In this document: positions 46,877 through 64,000 of the stretch, one piece after another
How positions within the stretch are numbered: position 1 is the first letter of the stretch
Layout of the letters: each line of letters begins with the position of its first letter
Origin: the human T2T-CHM13v2.0 reference genome, Homo sapiens
Assembly: GCF_009914755.1 (NCBI RefSeq)
Contig: NC_060945.1
Strand: one strand, 5' to 3'
Length of the DNA stretch: 64,000 bases
Notes under the pieces: generated by a model
Told to the model about the DNA's origin: nothing
Database searches by the model: none
The model's input: only the letters and a program-made list of their open reading frames with translations
Made by a program: the position numbers and the translations under genes

Positions 46877-47532
46877 TGTGGCAGGCCAGGTCTCACTAAC
46901 ACAGGCCTCCATAACAACTGTTTCAGTACTGACCAAGTGGTAAAGTTAAATATTAAAAGCTGAAAGAGCCAGCGCCCTTATACAAAGGCTGGAATGTAAC
47001 AAAAGCCCACCAAGAGTTTTGCCCAGGCCTTTCCTGGGCTTTAAAGCATGAAGAGATAACAAAGGAATTCTTAACAGGACCCATTTAGGATTAAACAAAT
47101 TTTATTGGGGGTCTGAAGAAACTCCCCAGGCCTCCACAAACAGGCTTTACTGGAGACTAAAGGAACTCCCCAAACCTCCATGACTTAGCAGGAGGCCAGA
47201 TCCGGGTTTTCACCCCAGCACCTGGACCCAGCTAGGTTAATTAAATTCACTGAGGCTCCGGAGGAAGGTCTTCTGGACTCAGATCTTAGTTATGGATTAG
47301 AAGTTAATCACTTATGTCTTTAGATGGATGCACACTCACACGTAGACACACAGCTGAGAAGGTATAGAAGCTCTGGAAAACGCTGTCATTTTAAGTTGGT
47401 CTGGTGATAATTTCCAGGCCTTCTCTCTGTAACTGGTTACAGAAATAAAAACTCCCTTCTCTCCTAGTTCATCTGCATCTTGTCACTGGGACATGAGCAT
47501 AGGTGGTCTACCTTCAGTTTGGTCTGTGAACA
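46877..47532 (+). mobile_element. LTR15-like ERV1 solo LTR inserted in an Alu monomer
   Basis: TGTGGCAGGCCAGGTCTCACTAACACAGGCC...AACA; flanks rejoin as Alu aggctgaggtggg|ggaggattacttgagctcaggag. Confidence 0.8.
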
Positions 47533-48422
47533 GGAGGATTACTTGAGCTCAGGAGTTCTAGTCCAGCCTGGGCAACAGAGCAAGACCCTGTCTCAAAAAG
47601 AAAGAAAGAAATGAGGATATGAGTTTGCTGCTCTTTAAATCGATGACTTTGCAGCTCTTCATCTGAAGAGGTGGCGTCTGTTTCTCCTGTTTGAGTGTGG
47701 CACATCCAGGAGAGTGGCTTTGAGCAGTGGTGTGGCAGACGTGACTGTAGGCCAGCCCTGAGCTGAGGCTGCCAGGGGACTGCACACTTCTTCTCTCAGC
47801 TCTGCCAGCTGCTGCACTGTGTCTGGGCCAGCCCGCTGGAGCACAGAGTTCAGTGCATTGGGACAGCTACAGCCCATTGCATCGGGACAGCCCACAGCAA
47901 CAAGACCCACCTGTCGCCACTGCAGGTGCGTGAGGGTGCCCGGCTGAGAGCAGACAAACCGCCTAGCAGGTGGCTTTTCAAGCGGAATCACAGACTAGCT
48001 CCATCGCTGTGGTGAACGTTCTCCCCAGTGCCAGGATTCCACTTGGCCCCTGACTGCTTGAGCAGCCGATGTGACAGCCATCTCTCTGCTGCCGTGCATG
48101 TCGGCTGGGCTGGAGCCAGTGCATCAGGAAGTAGACGCAGAAGTGGATCAGGAGCAAAACATTCCTGAGAGCTGGCAGAAGCTGGCGTCTGGAGCCGCTG
48201 GGATGCGGGTATGGGCTCTCTCAGTGGCGGAGGAACAGCCTCCTGGCAGAACCAAAGGTTGCTTTGTGCCTTCGATGCTGCTGCTGGCCAGAGTGGTTTT
48301 CTGTCTCAGACCCTGTACCACGTGTCTGTTCTTTCTCATTTTTTACTTAAAGGAGAAGAAAATGATTATGTGTACATGCTGGTGGCACACATAACTTAGT
48401 ATTAAGTATTACAAAGTCTTAC

Positions 48423-51800
<3,378 letters not shown>

Positions 51801-52524
51801 TCATTTTTCAACCACTGCAGGCTGTTCCACGCAGCAGAGGCTGGTACACCTACTCTCTACGGTGCACATTTAGGGAGTGTCCGTTTTTCACTAACACCAA
51901 CAGCTGCAACAGTAATCTTGTGCACAGGTGACTGCACATGTGCGACTCTGTATTTGCAGCATACAGTTCTAGAGGTGGCATGGCTGCATCAAATGGAACG
52001 TGCGTTTGTAATTTGGTTACCCCATGTCTCTAAGGCATTTTAGTTTGGCAGCTGTTAGAAGCTGGTTTCGGATCAAATCTTGCAAGTGGCGGGAGGGTTG
52101 TGGGTGTCTTTATCAGGCTAGAGTCATGGAAAGAATGTGCCCCTTTCAGACCTTGACCTCTGTTGGGGTTACATCTTTAAAGGCACCGTCTTTCCACTTT
52201 GGAAATGGAAGTGTCCCACTTGCTGTGCTGACGGACACTAGAGGGCGGAGTTCCCCATCTTTCAGGCAATGTGAAGGCTCAGTCCACTTCTCCACTTCTG
52301 CAACTACAGAGGTGATTATTTGGGACCACTGGATTGGGGGGAGAAAGTCAGTGTCTCCCAAGGGGTACGGCACAGGACAGAGAACCAGTATTGGAGCTCA
52401 GACAGGCTCGGGGGACTGGGAGATGGAAGCCATCGCCTTTACCTTGGGCATTTCATCTTAGGTCCCATGGAAACAGGGGCCATGGGTTGGTACTTATCAT
52501 TTCTTTTAAACAGATAATGGCATA

Positions 52525-53924
<1,400 letters not shown>

Positions 53925-54737
53925 TATTTATTTGTCCCAATCCAGCGGCCCTGGCCTTCAGTGCACAGTAGTCCCTGCTGCTGGGCACACATCCCCTCAT
54001 GCTCAGTCCATTGACCAGGACTGGGCACATGGCCTCACCTAGCTGCGGGCAGTGGCTTCTGCCCTGGGGCAGGCAGCTGCTCCAGGTCTGGAGATGAGCC
54101 CCACCTCCAGGTGCAGCTGCTCCAGGTGTGGAAACGGGGCTCTACCTCGTGGGGAGCGTCCGCTGCGGGCCACAACCTTGCTGGGAGGCTGCGGGAGATG
54201 GGGGGTAAGAGGGGTGATGTTGAGGCTTTCCCTCCTCGGCAGTGACCGGCGCAGCCCTCCCCAGTGTAGCTCCCCCCTCCCCACCCCTCCCTCCATCTGG
54301 AACACAGCACGGGGGCTGCCCTCCAGCCCTCAGTGTGCAGGGCTTGCACACCTTGGCTTGCAGGGCATTTGGGGGATCCCAGTGGGGCAACTGCCAGCTG
54401 GAGAGATGCTGGTGCCCAGCCGTGCTGCTCCTGGGGGCAGGCTGGGTAGGGGCTGAGGGGCTGGAGTGAGCGGTCCACAGTCATCCAGGAACAACAGGGC
54501 TCTCACCTGGCAGGGCTCCCAGGCACGTTGATGGAGGGAGGGTTTCCTCAGTCCTCTCCCCCAGCCCTTACTGGGCAGTACCCCCACCCACCATACTGTC
54601 TCTTGCCTGGGTCTCAGGTGGTCGGCGCTGTCTGGCCCCTGCCTCTCCCTCTGTCCCTTCAGCTGAAGCGGGCTCCACGCCATCCCAGGACTTCCCGCGC
54701 GGTCTGAAGCACAGCCACATCCGGTCTGACCGTCCCT

Positions 54738-54808
54738 CACCCCTCCCTCACCCCTCCCTCGCCCCCCCTCGCCCCTCCCTCGCCCCTCCCTCGCCCCCCC
54801 TCGCCACC
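54738..54808. repeat. C-rich ~11-bp tandem repeat (CCCCTCCCTCG)n
   Basis: About six imperfect copies; G-runs on the minus strand fit a G-quadruplex motif. Confidence 0.85.
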
Positions 54809-55449
54809 CCAGGAGGAAATAGAGGCTGAGTGTCCGTGCCCTGCAGCCGAGCAGCCACCCTTGCCTTTGGCCCCACCTTCGCCTGCCTGGCGGCCGTCCT
54901 GTCACCTGTCATTCAGCCCTTGCTGTCTGCTGGGCACGTGCCCTGCAGGTGGGGTGCACGGCAGGCCCATGAGTGCCCACCATGCCTCGCCATTCAGGAA
55001 GCCACCCAGGTGCTCCGGGCGGTGTCAGGGCAGGGTGCGTCTGTGCGGCGTTTGCATGTGTCCACCGTCCTGACCGGGGGCAGGGCCACGTCCCACACAT
55101 CTTTCTGCCTAACTTATGATGTGGCAAAGACACATCCCGATACCTCTCCCGGGTGGGCCTGTGAGCTGGGCTCTGTGACGCCAAGGCCCAGGACCTGCTC
55201 AGCCCTGGGAAGATGGAACTGGAGGGGACCTTGAGATGGCTGGCCCAGCCCCTTGTCTTATAGACAGGGAGACAGCAGAAAGGGAGATGGAGTCACCGGC
55301 CAGGACCCCAGCTATGAGTGGGAGCTGGACCAGGAGTTGAGTGTCCTGAGCCACCTCCTCCCTGTGCTGGGTCCACTCTCAGAAACACTCCAGGTCTGGA
55401 GGCAGACCTGGAGGCAGGGCAGGGCAGGGCAGGGAGGGCAGAATGGCTA

Positions 55450-56545
<1,096 letters not shown>

Positions 56546-57756
56546 AGTTCCACCCAATGCAGGTCCTTGGTGAGCCAGGTAGAATGAGCTGGTGGTGTGG
56601 GCAGTGGCTTGAGAGAGCCGCTATGCCAGTAGCTTTGTGGAAGTTTCGGGGCCGTGGTTTCTCTGAGACCGTTTACATAGGTTCTCAGTAGGGGCTGGAA
56701 GAGGCTGTGGGCGTTTGTGTCAGGGTGACTGGGTGGAGGTGGCCGGTCTGCATGCCGGTTCATCAAGGGGAGGATGTCCCATGGATCAGGGGCCAGAATG
56801 GAGCCAGCTGCCTCCCTCCGGCTCCCAGAGCCACCCCAGGCCATGCACAACTTTGAGCCCTCAGAGGTCCAGTTCCTCGGTCGGTCTTTCCTCAGCTTCC
56901 TCCTCTGTAGGCCATGGAGCTGACCATCCTGCCTCTGGCAGCTGTGGTGCTGTTTAGGGGAACGGTCATTGCCTTCATCTCCATTTTATAGTTGGGGAAA
57001 CTGAGGCTCAGAGGAACGAAAACTCTGGGTAGGAGCACAGAAAGAGCAGAGCATGGGCGGTGGACAAAGAGTCGCCGTCCCTGACAGTCTCGCGGTCGGA
57101 CCTTGGTCACGTGTGGTCTGGGGCTCTCGCCTCCTCCCAGCTCTGAGGTTCTCTGCATGAACTCCAAGGAAACAGCCTGTTCTGGGATGGCAGGAGCTGG
57201 TGGACTTCCAAGTTAGAAACACAAAGATGCCATGAGCTTAGGGTTCTGGAAGGCCCTGGGGTGTCCGCTAGGTGTAAGGTGCTGGTGGCCCTGGTCAAAC
57301 AACCCCTAAGGGTGGGCAGAGTGGGGGGCAGGTGGGAAAAACAGATTGACACTCCCAGATTGGACTCCAGGTGACGGCCTGCTGGTGCCCACCTGGCTAG
57401 AACTTTCTATTCCTTTTTGTCCAGGTCTCATGGAACAAGGAAATCAAAAAAACACCCGCCCGTGCACAAATGGATTTCCTGAACCCTTCTGTGCGCCAGT
57501 CCTTGGGGACGCAAATGTGAATGAGGCGGCGCTCTGTTGAATTTCCGTGCCCAAACTCACCAACGTGCACAGATACTGATGTGGGAACACCCGCTATAAG
57601 GTGGCCTGGAGCAGTGAAGACCCTGCTCTCTTGTGAACTCCCGCAACCATGGCCAGCCCCCTGGGGCTCCCAGACCTTGGCAGTCAGCCCTTGTGGTTTT
57701 TAAAAAATTTATTTTTATTTTTATTTTTAGAGGCAGGGTCTCATTATGTCACCCAG

Positions 57757-58389
<633 letters not shown>

Positions 58390-59162
58390 CCCAGGTTGGA
58401 GTGCAGTGGCGCCATCTTGACTTACTGCAGCCTTGACCTCCAGCTTTCAAACGATCCTCCTCCCTTGGCCTCCCAAAGTGTTGGGGTCACAGGTGTGAAC
58501 CACCATGTCCAGCCAGCCCTTGGGTTTTGAGATGCTCAAGTTACAGGTGAGAAGTGCTTTGTTTGTTCCGGAATCTGTGTCCTGAGAGGGTTAAAGACAA
58601 GGGCTGGCCAGCCCCTAGAACCTGGCCGTGTCACCAGGGGAGCTGTGGAAGCAGGAGGGAAGCAGGAGGGAGGCAGCAGTTCTGTGCCGTGGGGCACCTT
58701 GGGCTTTTCTTTTTTCTTTCTAATAGAGAAGCAACATTTTGAATAAATCCACAAAAGCGTAGAAGATCATCTCATCGGTTTCTGTGTGTGAAGTTTCATG
58801 CTTATCTAACTGCATTTAGGAAAATTCACGTGTACATTTTTCCCAAGGGGAGCGAGAGGATGTGAGCGTTCTACTTGTTCATTTCATATCTGCTTTTACA
58901 AATTCATAGGGAGGGTGAGGAAGGAGCTGTGGTTCTCATTGCGACTGATGTTTGATTATTTGATTCAGGAATTTCACTTCTGGGAACTTGACTTAGGGAA
59001 ATGCTCTCAGAGACGCGTGCGATGTTGTTTGTAACAAGCACATGTGGAGATGTCCCGGGCCCCTCATGAGGCGGCTGCTTGTGTCCGTTTGTACCTCTTG
59101 CCAGCTGTGCAGTGTCGCTCAGCTCCCAGAAGGAGGGAGGCAGGTCCAGGCATTGATGGTTA

Positions 59163-60125
<963 letters not shown>

Positions 60126-60207
60126 AGCACCATGTCCCTTGGATTTAGTGATACCGACCCCTCTTTGTCCCTCTGCTTCCCAGTGGTTTCTTCTTGCCCC
60201 TGGGATT

Positions 60208-61167
60208 TGTAGGGATGGGTTGCCCCTCCACACCTGTGGGTGTTTCTCGTAAGGTGGGACGAGAGATTTGGAAAAGAAAAAGACACAGAGACAAAGTATA
60301 GAGAAAGAAATAAGGGGACCCGGGGAACCAGCGTTCAGCATATGGAGGATCCCGCCAGCCTCTGAGTTCCCTTAGTATTTATTCATCATTTGTGGGTGTT
60401 TCTCGAAGAGGGGGATGTGTCAGGGTCACAAGACAATTGTGGGGAGAGGGTCAGCAGACAAACACGTGAACAAAGGTCTTTGCATCATAGACAAGGTAAA
60501 GGATTAAGTGCTGTGCTTTTAGATATGCATACACATAAACATCTCAATGCTTTACAAAGCAGTATTGCTGCCCGCAGGTCCCACCTCCAGCCCTAAGGCG
60601 GTTTTTCCCTATCTCAGTAGATGGAGCATACAATCGGGTTTTATACCGAGACATTCCATTGCCCAGGGACGGGCAGGAGACAGATGCCTTCCTCTTGTCT
60701 CAACTGCAAGAGGCGTTCCTTCCTCTTTTACTAATCCTCCTCAGCACAGACCCTTTATGGGTGTCGGGCTGGGGGACGGTCAGGTCTTTCCCTTCCCACG
60801 AGGCCATATCTCAGACTATCACATGGGGAGAAACCTTGGACAATACCTGGCTTTCCTAGGCAGAGGTCCCTGCGGCCTTCCGCAGTTTTTGTGTCCCTGG
60901 GTACTTGAGATTAGGGAGTGGTGATGACTCTTAAGGAGCATGCTGCCTTCAAGCATCTGTTTAACAAAGCACATCTGGCACCGCCCTTAATCCATTCAAC
61001 TCTGAGTTGACACAGCACATGTTTCAGAGAGCACGGGGTTGGGGGTAAGGTCACAGAATCTCAAGGCAGAAGAATTTTTCTTAGTACATAACAAAATGGA
61101 GTCTCCTATGTCTACTTCTTTCTACACAGACACAGTAACAATCTGATCTTTCTTGCTTTTCCCCACA
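60208..61167 (-). mobile_element. HERV-K(HML-2) LTR5_Hs solo LTR, 960 bp
   Basis: Reverse complement TGTGGGGAAAAGCAAGAAAGATCAGATTGTTACTGTG...CCCTACA; 5-bp TSD GGATT at 60203-60207 and 61168-61172. Confidence 0.95.
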
Positions 61168-61652
61168 GGATTTAACAACAAATCCTAATGCACGTGGGGG
61201 CCAGCGGCAGTGACTGTAGTCCCCTTGGCAGGCGAAGGCCTGTGAGTAGCCAGTGCTATGTCTGGCATTCTAGGCAGCTCCTGGCTCCCGGGCGGATCCT
61301 CCTGTTGCCTGCTGGGCCAGCCTCAGGTCGGCCCTTCCAGCTCTGTAAAACTCAGAAGGCCTTTAGGGCAGGCACTGTGCCACTGACCCCCTCTCTGTGT
61401 CCCAGGGCCCGGTACAATGAGATGATCATGGAATTAAACAGAACAGAACCATGAGGTGTCCACCAGGCCATGCCAGGATGCACTGGCTTCACCTGTGATT
61501 TTGGCACCAGTTTAAACAGTGTCACTTCATTCTGTGCTTCTCCTGATTAGTCTGCCTTCTGGCCGATATATCCCTGGGAGGCAGGTGCAGACCCCTCTTG
61601 ACTATGTACTGTGTGCAGTTTTGGGGACAGAGCTCTTTATGTGGCCAAGGTC

Positions 61653-63880
<2,228 letters not shown>

Positions 63881-64000
63881 CCCTGCCTGTCACACAGTCT
63901 GTCTGCTTGCCAGTCTCTCCTATGGGAATGTAGCCCCCTGAAGTCAGGAACTGTCTTTTTTATAGCTGTATCCAGTCAGCTAGTGTGGCACACAGTAGGT

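Overview
Human genomic DNA from the U2AF1 locus (21q22.3). The only protein-coding gene I can support is U2AF1 (U2AF35), on the minus strand from ~20650 to ~6016. Its eight coding exons sum to 723 nt (240 aa), and exon 3 exists as two mutually exclusive 67-nt copies (Ab/3b and 3a). All introns are GT-AG, the cancer hotspot codons S34 and Q157 are wild type, and the promoter is a CpG island. The remaining ~43 kb is a dense field of transposon fossils. An ~18-kb ERV-like provirus (22714-40851) is swollen by nested insertions: MLT2A > LTR8 > MRPL51 retrocopy, plus LTR13, a rearranged L1PA, MSTB and ~20 Alus. Further right lie a decayed pogo/Tigger transposase, MER4A1, LTR15, an AluYb8, MER6 (probably exonised by the lncRNA FRGCA), THE1/MST elements and a 960-bp HERV-K LTR5_Hs. 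I found no evidence of a new gene system. The most notable signals are structural: a 2.35-kb inversion that splits both an L1 and an Alu and leaves the Alu's TSDs in inverted orientation, a likely second micro-inversion between head-to-head Alus, an in-frame L1 ORF1-ORF2 fusion, a CpG-rich LTR abutting the U2AF1 promoter, and templated local insertions. Repeat subfamily names come from recalled consensus sequences and need RepeatMasker/Dfam confirmation.
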